This document shows, in pieces, positions 12,198 to 26,894 of a stretch of 64,000 nt of DNA. The DNA lies in contig OZ024743.1 in the NCBI GenBank assembly GCA_964016885.1, positions 261,888,001 through 261,952,000 of the forward strand, read 5' to 3'. How positions within the stretch are numbered: position 1 is the stretch's first letter; each line of letters opens with the position of its first letter. Under the pieces are notes generated by a model. It ran no database searches and was not told the origin of the DNA. It was given only the letters and a program-made list of their open reading frames with translations. The DNA is from Eledone cirrhosa (Eukaryota). The position numbers were made by a program, and so were the translations under genes.

Positions 12198-15100
12198 CAT
12201 CATCATCATCACCGTTTTATGTCCGTTCTTCCACGCTAGCATGGGTTAGATGGGTTGTCCTGTTGTGGGCAGTGTCTAGTCGGCTGACCATGCCTTGCTC
12301 GTACAGGAACTGATTTTGGCTTGATTTCTACAGCTGGATGCCCTTCCTAACACCAACCTCATTTACAGTGAGTGCTGGGTGCTTTTTCCTTAGCGCCTAC
12401 ACGTCCACTTTACAGTGTGGGCTGGGGGCTTTTTTGCCGTGGCACCTCCACGACCACCTTGCAGTGGGAGGGTGTGGGGGCATATTGTCTATATGCTTCA
12501 GCTTGTACCCATGGGAGGTCAGGTACTCTGTATTACTGCGTGACGCCAGAGGTCATGGTCGTGTGTCATCGCCTTTGAGAGGTTTAATTGGGTAAGGTCG
12601 GCTTTTATCACCTCATCCCAGGTCATCTTGGGTCTCCCCACTCTGCGGTTTCCATTGACTTCTAGTGCTCGGCACCTTTTTATGCAGCTGTCATCCTTCA
12701 TACGCATCACATGTCCATACCAACGCAACCGCCTCTCCTGCACACAGTATATGATTCCTCTTATGCTCAGTCTCTCTCTCAATTCATTTATGCTTTGTCG
12801 TTCGCGTATATTACTATTACACATCCATCGGAGCATGCAAGCTTCGTTTCTTTCTAATCTATGTAAGTCTTCCACCTTCAGCGCCCAGGTCTCACTACCA
12901 TGTAACATTGCTGTTCGGATACACGCATCATACAGTCTGCCTTTCGTTTTGAGGGAGAAACCTTTTGCAGCTAGCAGTGGCAGTAGTTCCCTGAACTTCT
13001 TCCATCCCGTTCTTACCCTAGTTATTGTACTTTCTGAACACCTACCTCCGCTGCTAATTCAGTCACCTAGGCAGCAGAAGATGTCTACTGTTTCTACAGA
13101 GCCCTCCCAGAGATTGGTGGTACTTATTTCCTGTGGCTGTTTGCTGCTTGCTGTCCCAGCACAGCTGCTGCATGTGAAGCCTACATTCTTAATTAAGCTT
13201 CCTGAGATCCCGCTACATCTCTTGTGTACCCATTGTTTGCATTTGGGGCAGAGAATGGAGTTCCTACCTACACCTTTCCTACATACTGAGCAAGGCCATT
13301 TCCCTGAGGGGATCTGGGTTCTGTTTTCTCGTCTACTTACAAGGACCTTAGTCTTTGTCGTGTTGACTTTGAGACCCTTTCTTTCTAGTCCCTGCTTCCA
13401 AGTTTGGAATTTCTTCTCTAGTTCTACCATAGATTCAGCTATAAGTGCGAGGTCATCAGCATACAGGAGTTCCCATGGGCATCTGGTCTTAAACTCCTCC
13501 GTTATTGCCTGCAGGACTATGATGAACAGGAGAGGGCTAAGAACAGAGCCCTGGTGGACACCAACCTGTACACTAAATTCCTTGCTATACTCATTGCTAA
13601 TCCTAATTTTGCTGACTGCTCCCCTATACATGGCTTGTACAGCTTTCACAAGCCATTCATCTACTCCTAGTTTTCTAAGAGCCCACCAGATTACAGCACG
13701 TGGAACTCTGTCAAAGGCTTTCACGAGATCAACGAATGCCAGGTAGAGTGGCTTACTTTTAGCTAGGTACTTTTCCTGTACAAACCCAAATTGCATCTCA
13801 TCTAGTTTCACCTGGTCCCTAATCAACTGTGCTATAACTCTTTCTGTTACTTTCATGACCTGGTTCATCAGCTTTATACCTCTATAGTTTCCTCTATCTA
13901 GTGCATCACCTTTACCTTTGTAGCAGTTGACAATGATGCTACTGCACCAATCTTTTGGTATGACATCTAGTATTACCTGGTTAACAATACATGTGGTTAT
14001 AGTGTGACCTACAGATGCCTTCAGCATCTCGGCAGCTATACCCGATGGACCGGTTGCCTTCCCCATCTTCATATCTTGGATTGCCTTACTTACTACGCTG
14101 CTGCTGACTTGTACTGCTGGCCCCTCTATAGGGTCTACTTGGGGTAGGGTCTCTTCTTCCCATGCATTCTTCTCATTTAGTAATCTATCATAATGGCTCT
14201 TCCATGCATCTTTCTTCTCAGCACTTGTGAGGGAAAGCTCACCTTTATCATTCCGGATACACTTCCGTCCAATGACATCACAATTCTCTCTGACACATTG
14301 CCTCACAATCTTGAACACCTCCTGTTTCTGGTCCTCATGTTACAAAACATGCTTGAATTTTCTATCCTCTGCTTCCCTCCTAGCTAAGTATACTTGTTGC
14401 CTAGCTTCCCTCTTGGTCTCTATGTAATGTACCCTGCTCCCCCCGTTCTTCCATTCTTTCCATGCCTGTCTCTTGGCCTTAACTGCCTCATCTACCTTAT
14501 TGTTCCACCACCAAGTCACTCTTCTTCTGCTTGTGGTCTTACTCCAGCCACAGACCTTATCCGTCGCCTCTAGTAAGTTATTTTTTAGGAACTCCCAGTG
14601 CTCTTCTACATTAAATGTCTCTATCTGTTCTTCTTTACTGTCGTAGGCATTGAGTAAAATATCTTTAAATCTGTTATTGGCTGAGGGGTCTTTCAGCTTC
14701 CAGATCTTTCTTCTCCAGGTTGGCCTCTGTTTCCAGGTTCGTCTAGTTCTCACCGTGAGGTCGCTGACAACTAAGCTATGTTGGGAGGTACATTCCTCAC
14801 TAGGGTAGGCTTTTGTGTTTATGACCATCCATCTGTTACGTCCTCTGATGAGGATAAAATCTATCTGACTAGAATGCTCCCCTGATCTATAGGTGATCAG
14901 GTGGTTGTTGGGTTTTTTGAAGTTGGTGTTATATCGACATGTCATTGGCGTCGCAGAATTCTAGAAGTCTGAATCCTTCTTCATTTCTTGTGCCAACCCC
15001 GTGGCCTCCATGGACTCTATTGAAGCCATCACAGTGTTTACCTACGTGTCCGTTAAAATCTCCTGCGATGATTAGGAAGTCATTGTTGTTTGTTAGAGCA

Positions 15101-15700
15101 GTAGTGTGCATTAGGGACTTGTAAAATCTATCCTTAAGTTCGTCTGGCAACCCCGATTGGGGTGCGTAAGCTGATATTATTGTGGTAATTGTTTTATTCA
15201 GGACTAGTCTGAGTTTAATGATTCTTGAATTTACCCTGTACACTGAGATTACTTTATCTACCCACTTGTCAACTAGTAGTATACCTACACCACCCATCCC
15301 ATCGTCATTTCCCACCCAGAAAAATTTGTAGCACTGACTTTTTCCTACAAGGACTCTAGCAGACTCTCCTCTCCATCTAGTCTCTTGCACACAGCATACA
15401 TCAATTTCCTTTCGCTCTAGCATTTCTACAATTTCTCCTGTTCTTCCTTTCATTGTGCTTACATTGATGGTACCAACTCGGAGTTTTGGGCATTTGTCGA
15501 CACTCGTAGGGAAGGGTCAATTTTGCAGGGGTGTGTGTGTGCTTGTGCTTCCTCTCTCTGGATTGGGGCTTCACATGGGTGCTTGGTAGCTCGCGGATTC
15601 ATATTCATTTCATCTAATAATTCAGAGTTGCTCCAATTTATTATCAGTTCATCCATACATAACGGTAGGAAAAATTCAGGGCTAGAAGAACAGTGGTGGT
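12198..15700 (-). mobile_element. Near full-length RTE LINE (APE endonuclease + RT), inactivated, antisense in an ARHGEF17 intron; 5' boundary approximate
   Basis: CCVQETRW, SAYAPQ, AGDFNGHVG, SQIDFIL (APE); NYRGIKL, HQGSVLSPLLF, LLYADDL (RT); frameshifts split the ORF; deletion after FGFV; (GAT)n tail at 12198-12210. Confidence 0.95.
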
Positions 15701-17622
15701 GGTAATAATGGCAGGGTGTGTTGGGCTGGGACGGGGGAGGAGAGAGTTAGGTAGTAGTAGTAGTAGTAGTAGAAGAAATGGCATGCTGAGGTTTGATTGG
15801 TCGAATAGGCTATGGTGGTGTGAGGGAAATTGTGAGGTAGGCAGCCAGTCATGGCTATCAAAATAACCGATAGAAGTGAATACAGCATGGCAAGATAACC
15901 GATAGAAATGAATACAGCTACAATAATAATAATAGCCAGTCATGGCCTGTAGCCTTTGATGGAAAAATAGACAGATAGAGAGGTAGCATGGTAGAGAAAA
16001 TGAGGGTAACAAAATAAATGTGTTGTGGTAGCTAGCGAAGTGATAAATACAGCAATATGTATGTATATACCCCAAAGTCACATATAAAATATTGATTACT
16101 ACAATACTTAATGAGTAATTTGAAACCAACAGCTAAAGGACAACTCTATGTGAACTTACTGATGATGAGCTAATGAAGGAGCTTTCAACACATTTGCTCA
16201 ATCTGCAAAAAGTAGCAGCCAAATTTCAACTAACACACACCCTACTGTTTTAAAAAAAGAAACATTTTTAACCCCTTTGTTACCGTATTTCTAATGAAAG
16301 ACACCAACAATGTGCTTTAAATTTCTTTTTAACATAATCAAAACTTTTGGAGTGATTTAGTATTATAACTTTATAACTAACATCCTCATTAATAAGGTTG
16401 TCTTTGGAACATAACTTAAACAAGGTTCTTACATAATATTATGATGGAAGGTTTATAGATAAATATAAACACTTTAAAATAGTTTTGTATCTTAGAACCA
16501 AGGGCGGTTTGGAATCAAAAGGGTTTAAAAAATGGGATGGTCGGAGTTGTAATGCCTTTAATCATAGGTTTACTTTAACAGCCTTACTGATGGAGATACA
16601 GAATTTTCTAGATTTTTCTTCCCCCCCCCCCCCCCCAATAGTAAAGAAAATAAATTTTTTTTCATTAATCCCTTGTTTCATGGTCCCTGTTACCAGATAG
16701 TAACTGTGAACCCCAACTATAACTCCCACCTCATTATTACTCTAGCTCTTCTTCAGGTTCATGCAGCAATGGTCTTACTCCAGATATTGTTCTGTATGCT
16801 TATAATAGTAATGAGTTTGGAATGAAAGTGACATGTAGCAAAGCTAAGCTTCCAGCAAGTCTGTTTTGCAATTCTGATTCTCTCTCTCTCAGTCACTTTC
16901 TCTCCCACTCACACTATAAGACATTAAACGGTGCTATATATATATTCCTTTTTGTTAAGGCTAAATAGTGAGTCTTGTTACCCTGGAATTTTGCCTGTTT
17001 ATCGCAGGGTCATCATATTCATCATTTTACGTCCGCTTTTAGCCTTAATAAAATGGGATATATATATATAATCATCACCATTTAATGTCTATTCTCCATG
17101 CATGGGTTAGACAGGTTGTCATATGAGGCTGGCTGGGTCAGGTGATCATGTCTTGCTCATGTAGATCTGTTTTAGACTGGATGCACTTCCTAATGCCAGC
17201 CACATTTCAGTGTGTGCTGGGACCATTTCTTGCAGCGCAACTACTACCACTTTACCAGGTAAACTGGGTACTTTTTGTTGTGGCATCACCTCTACTAATT
17301 TACAGAATGGACTGGGTGTTTTTTGTCATGACACCATAACTACCACTTTACAAGGTGGATAGGATGCATTGGTTTTCTATGCTTGCAAAGGTTAGAGAAG
17401 TCTTTTCTAATATAGCATCTCTCTACTTATCTCTTTCTTTTGTGAGGTTCTGCATCCTGAGATTCACCACCTATTTCTTGGTCTTACTCTTCCTGAGCTT
17501 CCTTCCATTTGAAACTCCTGGCATTCTTTTATTTTTTCCCTTCTGCTGTCTTGGAATTATGACTTTCATGAAATTTGTTTCCAATTAGTTTACATCTGTG
17601 TTTTTTTTCTTTTCTGTTTCAG

Positions 17623-17797
17623 CATCATTTCACTGTAAATCCTGACTCTTCTCGCTGTGTCCAGTGTGTTGTATCATCAGGACAAGGAGTGTGGGTTGCC
17701 CCACAACAGAGCTCCAAAGTGAATCTCTACCATGCAACTACCTATGAATTTCTTCATGAAATCAATGTTACTGCTGCTGTCACACACAAGTTACAAT
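17623..17797 (+). CDS. ARHGEF17: ARHGEF17-like coding exon (HHFTVNPD...GVWVAPQQSSKVNLYHATTYEFLHEINVTAAVTHKLQ)
   Basis: tttcag| and |gtaagt; GVWV...LYHA.T.E motif; phase 0 to 1. Confidence 0.9.
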
Positions 17798-17815
17798 GTA
17801 AGTAATTTATTAGCC

Positions 17816-18977
17816 TATAACATACATAATACTGGTGTGTATGAGTATAACATGTTGAGAATGCGTTGACCTTCCAGGGTCAAGAGGCCAGCGACCAAAG
17901 AAATAAGTATTCTGAATAAATGCGCAGTTTTCAACGGCAAATTTACGTGGTAAATTTTTAAACCGGCAAATAGGAGAATATAGCTTAAGGCTGTAGAATC
18001 CTTGGCGAGAAACGTTATCTCTGACGTGTGGCTATCTCAGTGAATCAAGAATTGTGCAGCCTACACATGCCAATACAAGGTTAAGTTGAAAGAAAAAAAA
18101 TATTTCTATTGCGCGAGAAAATGGCGCAAAAATGATAGTGCAACAGGTCGTTGGCAGCCATTTTGAAAAAATGTGTGTGTGAAAGTGACAATGATGAAAA
18201 AGAAAGAAAGGCTTCACTTAGTATATAACAAATATGGCGAGTTCAATTTTTCTTTTGTGAACGATGAAAAAAACTTGAACGATGAAGAAAACGATGAAAA
18301 AAAGCAATAGTTGAGATTCATCGAAAATAAATGTTCATGTTGGAATGTTTTAAAAAAAAAAATCAAATTTCTTTTTTTTTGGTTTGTTTTTGAAGTGTTC
18401 GTTGTAAGAAACTTAAAACATATATATATATATATACAGTGAAATGCGACAGTTAGTTGATGCGTGAGAGAAAAAGAGTCTGTCTGAACGAGAAATTCAC
18501 ATGTGCGTATGTTCGTTTCCTTGACTGCGTATTTTCATAGTTTGTCAATAAAATTTGCTGTGTATTCGTAATGTTACTCATACAACACCAGATTCTGCTA
18601 TTTTTTTATTTTTTCGGGGTCACCACTTATAACAAAATACTGGGTTGTATAAGTATAACAAGGAGACGTGGTTTGTGTATAATATTTAATCAACAATTTG
18701 TGGATATATAGAACAGTATAGTTGACATGTCAATGAATAGATGAAAGAATGAAGCAAAGTTATTAGTTACCGTTTTGGCTGCCAGGCGAACGCGCCTGGC
18801 AGAAGACGGCTGGCGAAGGCTAGGAGCCGGAAAGGCAAATGAGAGATAGGGAGCTTAACATTATTAGTTTTATAGGGTTCTGACCGGAAGTTACAGAAAG
18901 GGTTCTACTTCCTGTCTAGAGAGCGTTAATCTATTGGGGATGTGAGTGTCACAACAAGGGAGGCAACTCCTGCTACA
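17816..18977 (-). mobile_element. Internally deleted non-autonomous LTR element: 5' LTR ~18628-18977, canonical TGG-type PBS, ~40-bp remnant of the 3' LTR
   Basis: Minus strand TGTAGCAGG...TGTTATA followed by TGGTGACCCCGA; an LTR-end-like word recurs at 17816-17852; AGCC on both sides (4-bp TSD); related LTR at ~61874-62277. Confidence 0.7.
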
Positions 18978-19763
18978 AGCCTATCTTCTGCTCTCTCTAG
19001 ACATGTGTATCCTTAACGTAAGTCTCAGTGATATTCTATGTGACACAGTGCGTGGTATAGTGAAACATAATGTGTGACAAGGCTAACTCTTTGAACTACA
19101 AGTCCAACTCGTTTCAGCTATCTGAGCAGAACGGAACAATGTGAAATAAAGTGTCTTTCAGAGGGACTCAATGTGCTACCATGAATTGAGCGCACAACCT
19201 TGTAATCATAAGTCAAACATAACCACTAAGCTACTTTCCTTCAACAATTTACAGTTATACCCTGTAATTAATAGATCATTAAAGGCTCTAAACAAACTCC
19301 TTTAAGAAGGCTTTCAATCATTTTATTCTGTTTCTCTGTAAAATCTTCTCCTTTTCTTTCTTCTTGTCTTTCTCCTTCCACTTATTTCTGATACAGACAT
19401 GGGGGCAGTCTTCAGACATGCCTTCCAGAGAGTCCTATCAGAAGCAACCATCTCCAACTGACATGGTTGGATCTACAAGTGAGACAAGAACAAGCTCGTG
19501 GATGTTATCCAACCCTCTTGTTCATGGTCTACCTCTGGTTCCCCTGCTTGTTGTCTTTGCCCATAATATCCATTATAAAATCTCCATAAAATAATTTATG
19601 AAATACAAATATAATAACCATGATATTCTGTTGCTTAGAACTTTGCTCTGATAACTTGTTTGTCACTTCTGTATTAATACTGTACAACTGTGTGTATAGA
19701 GGTTGACAGCTATGCACTAAAAATTCCTACCTTTTTAATGAAAACTCAGTTATTCTCATAGCA

Positions 19764-19799
<36 letters not shown>

Positions 19800-20008
19800 C
19801 CCTTCTTCTTCCTCTCTCTCGCTCCACCCCCTCTCTCTCTAACTAAATATGGTGTAATGTGCAAATGAACAAGCAGAATTATAATATAGATATTGTATTT
19901 TCTTAATGTTGTCATGTATAACTGTTTTTCCTTTCTTCTGTATATTGTATTTTTTTAGTGTTTTAATGTGTAACTAAATATTTGTTACCTTCTCTCTCTC
20001 TCCTGTAG

Positions 20009-20182
20009 TGGCTGATGACATCATCAGGCAACACAAAACAGCCTGCTTGCGAGTAACTGCCCTGTTAATCTGCAAAGACTTGCTGTGGGTTGGAACCAGT
20101 GCTGGGGTGATTCTCACTATTCCTGTACCTAAAATAACATCCACTACAACACACAGTACTATTAACTGTCCAGCAGTTACAG
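20009..20182 (+). CDS. ARHGEF17: ARHGEF17-like coding exon (ADDIIRQHKTACLRVTALLICKDLLWVGTSAGVILT...)
   Basis: tgtag| and |gtgatg; IIRQHK.ACLR and LLWVGTSAGV motifs; phase 1 to 1. Confidence 0.93.
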
Positions 20183-20950
20183 GTGATGTTTCTTTATATA
20201 TATACTCTGGAACTTTCTCTCTTTCTCTCTCACTGTTCTCCTTACAGCTTTTCCTCCCTTTCCCCACTCTCATTTATTTTCTCCTCTCCTTCACCCCTCC
20301 AGCTTCTTTATTACATCCTCATCTTCATCAGTGGCACCACAACTACAACAATAATAATAATTCTTTCTAACTTTGGTACAAAGAGAAGGGAAAAGTCAAT
20401 TATATTGGCTCCAGTATTTGACTGGTACTTTATTTTAATGACCCCAGAAGAATGAAAGGCAAAGTTGACCTCAACGGGATTTGAACTCAGAACATAGAAA
20501 GTCATAACTAAATACCACAATGCATTTTGTCTGATGCTCTAACGATTCTGCTAATCCAAATAAAACTAACAATAAGATCATGGTAAACTATCTAGATATA
20601 TTTATCAGAGACTGGATAAAAAAATGTCTGTACTTTGCAGTTTCTTCTCATCAAAAACGTCTGTACTCTGATAGACGTCTCAGTACCTTTCCACCAAAAT
20701 GTTGCCCAGAACAAGTTGGAAAAACAATCAAAATACAAAGATTAACTAAACTTTATTATATCAACCACTGGAAAGATGAAAGGCAAAGTTGACCTCGGCG
20801 AGATTTGAGGTCAACTTTGCCTTTCATCTTTCCAGTGCATGATAAAATAGTCAGGTACTGCGGTTGATATAATCTACTATTCACCCTCCCAAAAATAATA
20901 CTAATAAAATAATAATAATAATAATGATTTATCATTTCTCTTTTCTTCAG

Positions 20951-21429
20951 GTTTAGTTTATGGTCACACAGGACATGTACGATTTTTGACCAGTGTAGAA
21001 TTACCTAACAACACTGCTCAAAAGAATGATACTGTGGCAGTTGGCACAAATTCAAATTTGAGTACAGGCTTCAGTACCAGCAATAATCACCAGCAAGAAC
21101 AACCACAGCCACAGAGCTACACCTCAAATGCTACCATCACAACTACTGCCAATATCTCTGCTGCTACTACTACTACTGATAATTGTTCAGGCAGCAGTAG
21201 CTCAGCTACTGACATACCAGAAGAAGAGACTATATCCCCTATTGTTGAGGGTAACTTATCATTGCAGGAGATCCAGCGACGGTCATCCATGGCCACCACT
21301 GCAACAATGGCTACACGCATGCTGGTAATCAGTGGGGGTGACGGTTATGAAGACTTCCGCAACAATGTAGCCAATGAAGCTGCTGGCCGCGATGATAGTA
21401 CCAACCATTTACTGCTTTGGCAGGTCTGA
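20951..21429 (+). CDS. ARHGEF17: ARHGEF17-like terminal coding exon (GHTGHVRFLT...LVISGGDGYEDFR...GRDDSTNHLLLWQV*)
   Basis: ttcag| acceptor; C-terminus characteristic of ARHGEF17/TEM4; TGA at 21427-21429. Confidence 0.95.
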
Positions 21430-21815
21430 GACAATATTTCTGGACTTATTATTCCTGCTCTTGTTTCCTTGCCAATCTCTTGATTGAGCTATTGATCACA
21501 TCAAGCAAACCATTGTCTCTGTCTCTATGTATATCTCTATCTCTACACCCCCACTTTTCTCTCAAACTCCATTCCTTACACAGGAATGATGGGAGTGCAT
21601 GTGTGCATGTGTGTTCAAGTGTGCATGTGTGTGCAATGTAAGGATTGAAGGGGGTAACATGGAGGACAATTCACTTTTGATCCAACGCATGTACCAAACC
21701 ACTCCACAGAATGATGGAGAAATTTGGATGACAGACCAGTAGATCGCAAAGATGAAAAAGCGAAATATATAAACGTGAGCTTTGGAGTCCAAGAACAGAA
21801 AGACAACACACATTG

Positions 21816-21847
<32 letters not shown>

Positions 21848-22071
21848 TGTATATATAATATGTGTATACGTGTGCATGTACAGTGAGATGATAGCAAATC
21901 TGAGGAGATATTTGGTGCTGGGTTGGAAGATATCAATTTGGTTGTGACATCTGATCAGTGAAAATATTAGCGAGTAATTGATTATTAAATGTATTAACTA
22001 ATTAATTATATATATAGAGAGAGTATTTATTGTTAACTATATATATATATATATATGTAAATGTGTATATA

Positions 22072-22110
<39 letters not shown>

Positions 22111-22560
22111 TTTTCACATGCATGTAAATGAACTGCTAATGATGAACGATGAAAATCACACATTCACACACAGAAACACATTAACCAAACAGAAATGCAT
22201 GCATACACATACTTGCACAGTGAAGTGTGTGTGTGCATGTCTATTTAAAAGAAGGTGAAGTAAAAGTGTTTTCTATTTAATATCTTTTTTTTTTTCTCAT
22301 ATATAAATATATACATACATACATATATATATAGATGTGTGTATATACAGCTATGTATATGTTTTGTGTAAAATCAGAATCTATTCAAAAACTATTCAAC
22401 ATTATGTTTATGACAGTTATGTTGAAAACAATATTTTTTCTATTAACATGGTTATTTTTATATGATATATGTATATATAAATATATATATGTTTGTGTAT
22501 ATATATATGTATATATACACATATATATGTGTGTGTATATATATATATTTTCTTCTTTAC

Positions 22561-22597
<37 letters not shown>

Positions 22598-24626
22598 CTT
22601 CATGAATGTTGGATTAAATTTTTTTCTAATGATTTCTTCCTACCCCATTCCTACCTGACATTACTGCAAAGTTCTTGCCCCCAGGGCTCTGCCCTGAACT
22701 ATCACAACATCTACTCTTAAACATACACATACATTCACAGGCACAATTTCAAAGATTATATTTCAAGGAGAAAGTTTTCTTCTGTGTTTTTTGTTTTTTT
22801 TTTTGTTGTTTTTTTTTTTAATTGGTTAGAAAGCAGGAACCCCCATTATATATATATTTTTTTGCTGTCATTTATTGTTTTGATTAAGTTCACATGTAAT
22901 GATGGGGGATGTTGAAAACCAAATTTTGTGTGCAAAGGGTATTATTCTTGTTTAGCGTTGTTTTTAAGTTTTGTTTTAAATTTCTATTTTTAAAATCCTG
23001 TTATGGGAAAGAGAGTAAGGGTTGGTTAGTGTACTAATACACCCTCTCCTACTTCTAATTTGCCTGTTCACCCCATCCCATTGTCTTTCTGTCTTGATCC
23101 TGCTCCCACCCCTCAAGTCATTGATTCTTTGTCTCTCATCTCTTTCTCTCTCTCATCCATTCTCTCTCTCTCATCCATTCTCTCTCTCTCATCCTCTCTT
23201 ATATTTATATAAAAGAAAAAGAAGTTGTCACTTGCCATGGTCACTGCAATAAAATTATATAGATTTGGTCACTAAAATAAAGTTCTATAGACTTAACACA
23301 CCAAATTAGACATGAATTCCTTTGGGGATTACCATGACTCTCCCAATTTAGGGTGCAAAATCTACAATAAAACTCTATGCTTAATCCTGTGATCATCCAC
23401 AAGCAATCAAATAATACTTTAAATAGCTAGCAATATGAGCCAGTTTTTTTTCCATAAAATGGAAAAAATGTCCTAACCTGTCTGATGTGCAACACATCAC
23501 AGCATAGCCACACATCTCTCCATCTCAGTTAACTTTTGAAAATCATAAAACTGGTAAAGTTATTGTAAATAAATCTTCTTTGAGACTCCAATTAGATTTT
23601 CAACTTCTTTTTCTCATATGTTTACCCATATGGGATATTAAAAAAAAACCCTTACTTTCCTATATATATAAGAATGGAGCTTTGCTTTAAAATGTTTTTA
23701 TTGCATATCCAACATTACTTATGTTTCACAGATGATTGGCTCTAGGTTTTTATCAATATGATAGACCTGACTCCAGTATTGATCTGCTCATCAGACGTGT
23801 GGACTCAAATCAAAACATATTTATATATATATATATATGTATATTGACTGCCTCAGTCAATTCGATTTGTGTAGCTGAATGATGCTTGTCATAACCTTTC
23901 AGCACTTCCATTTTCCTCTCTGACAAAATAGACTTGTTGACATATCAGTGTTCACTTTTTATTTTCTGTTCCTTCAGTAATTTAATAGTGTCCCGTATGT
24001 GTGAAAAGGGTGTAGTGAATTTGTGTATCTAGTCGTCTCTGATATCTAATGTCTGAAATATATCTACATCATTGCTGACAAAACAGTAGAATCTTCTAGA
24101 AGAATGTACATAACTTCTTAGATTTCTATTGAATGGGCATGCCTAGAACTGAATTCTTATCAGCTGGGCTTAACATTAGCTTCCTTTTTGTCAAAAATTG
24201 CTAGCCTTGTGCTTAAATTAGAAACCATTTACAAAGAGAAACCCTGGAAACATAGAAGAAACTGAAAAGATTATATAGAAGAAACACAAAATTCAGTGAA
24301 AATTCAACCTTTGACCTCTGCTAAAAACTAAATTTGAAAGAGAAGGCAAAGTTGTAACTGACAAGAGAGTTTGGGGAGACAGCATGATATGGTTGGGATT
24401 GTAATAGTCTCCTTGGTTTATTATATCTACCCATCTATTTCTACTTACATCTATCTATCTGTTGTCTATCTATTTATCTGTCTATTTATCATAGAGTAAG
24501 TATTTATGCCTAGACAAATATATCACAGTAGAGTTATTAAGTTGAACTATACTCCTTATGCACTTTAACTTGACTGTTAAAACTGATTATTTAACTCACA
24601 AATAAATAAATATATATATTGAATTG

Positions 24627-24680
24627 AAAATAGTCTGATAATAACAGGGCGTATAAGCCCTGTTATTATCAAGCTATTTT
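24627..24680. repeat. Short hairpin/palindrome in the presumptive ARHGEF17 3'UTR or downstream region
   Basis: aaaatag..tgataataacagggc-gtataa-gccctgttattatca..ctatttt. Confidence 0.75.
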
Positions 24681-25107
24681 CTGTAGTAAAAAATACGGCG
24701 TAAGTTATCAATTCAATTTTCAAATTCCGCTGCTGTCTTCTAATCACACAATGATGTTTACATACATACTTATATATATATATATATCACCTTGATCACC
24801 TTGACCGACCAGTCTCTCGGACGTCCATTCAGCGCCGCTGGTCACAGCACGCCATCCATTCCTCTCTGGATCGTGCTTTCCTCATCCATGTATTCCCAAT
24901 CATATTCTTAAAATCGTAACTCCACCCTCGTGGAGGCCTTCTGAGTGGTCGTTTATATATAACACTATTTTATTTACAGTCTTCCATATTTTTGTGGGTT
25001 TTTTTTAACTCTCTCTCTCTCTCTCTGCTTGAGTCTGATATATATTTTTTCTTTGAATGTTCTCATTTTTAACTCCTGTTCTTTCTGAAATTATTCAGAC
25101 TACTTCA

Positions 25108-25170
<63 letters not shown>

Positions 25171-26152
25171 GAAGAGTATTTGAAAAACATAAGGCCTATA
25201 TTAATGAATCTGGGGAATGCAGGCAATTTGCCTTCATTCTTGCAAACTGGAAAAATCTTACCTCCAGAACATCTACCACAATAGCAGACTAGTTCACTGG
25301 GATTGGCACCTTCTTGCCTTTTCTCATTTCTCTTCACAACTTCTTCTGTCTTTTAAGTTCATCATCCTCCTCTACCTTCTGATTTTTCACCCCACCCCCA
25401 TGTTTTCCCATTTCCTTTCCTACCTTCCTCTTATTTATACCCCTGTGCACATATCCATGTATTGGGGACCATCCTCCGTTATGACACTATCTTTTGATCT
25501 AACTAATATACCAGTTTGGTTATTTGAACTGAATTTAGAATTGTAGAGACCAAATGTATGATGAGTCTGTATTTACTCATACACAGATACACACCAATAG
25601 TCTAAATCCACAGTTCTACTATGTGCATATTAAATAATATCTTTTAAACATCTAAGACAGAGAACTTAGCCAAAGGCTGGCAGTGTTATCACCCCTACTC
25701 TAAACTCTTGCCATTTTTATCAGAACATAGGCAAATCTCACCATTCAACATGTGTTCTTGAATTTCAACAAACACACCATTTTAAACAACAGGTCTGATG
25801 ATGCTGTGTAAATTATGTCTTTGATAATGCCTGCTTCACCCAGGAAACCAACAGTCACCCATTTAAATCTGTGCGTATACTAGTTATGATATAATCATAT
25901 ATATATTTATATATATATTTAATGCATATTTTGTACCTCTGCAAGTAGCATAGATACTGTGTGTTGTGTTATCAGGTTTGATGGAAGTTGGATATGGATT
26001 TGAGGGTATAGACATGTTGGCAATCCAGAATTTATAGCTCCTAATGTGTGTGGTTATAGTGGTGATAATGTTGATGGTGATGATGATTGTAGTGGTGTTG
26101 TTCAGGAATGAAACTGCTTCAATGTGAGTTTCTAAAACATTATTTATTATAA

Positions 26153-26340
26153 GAGGGCGGTGGATTGGCAGTATCGGTAGAGGGTTGGACGCCATGCTTT
26201 GACGTATAGAGTTACGGCCCTTGCCATTCTGAGTTCAAATCCCGCCGAGGTTAACTTTGCCTTTCATCCTTACAGGGTCGATAAAATAAAGTACCAGTAA
26301 TGCACTGGGTAATTGCTGGCCTTGTGCCAAACGTAGAAAC
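26153..26340 (+). mobile_element. tRNA-derived SINE (fragments of the family also near 1730, 9055, 20400, 20770, 52340, 62903)
   Basis: tggcagtatcggtag A-box-like, gagttcaaatccc B-box, central gccgaggttaactttgcctttcatcc...gtcgataaaataaagtaccag; attatttattataa on both flanks. Confidence 0.8.
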
Positions 26341-26786
26341 AATTATTTATTATAATTTCTTTAAATTATCAAATAACATTGGATTGGTGTCTTCTCATGA
26401 AGATATATACATACTGTGGCTCCTTATACACCTATATACATTGGGAAGTATATATGTTGACACAAAGTGATCAACATGAACTAGCTGAGATTTTGCATCT
26501 ATTTACAAAATAACCATTTGAGGTGGTTCTCTATAAGACACTTCCTTGACTAATAATCTGTTGTTGACTGGAAACAGTCCATTTACTTTAGAGAAGGCAC
26601 TAATATTATTGCTTCCCATTTCTCTTTGTAATTTTAAGGTTTCAGGGATTATATAAGCAAACATTGGTATTTCTATTATTAATGTTAGTAATAATAATAG
26701 GCCATGCTATTATTGTCCGGTCTCTATACAGTGATTCTGGTCATCAGCCAACTAGGTTTTATGCTAAAAGACCGGTTGATGATGTA

Positions 26787-26894
<108 letters not shown>

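Noticed and set aside
12628-13746. 372-aa plus-strand ORF
   Set aside because: Antisense shadow of the RTE ORF2; no independent motifs. The same applies to plus-strand ORFs over the LTR elements.
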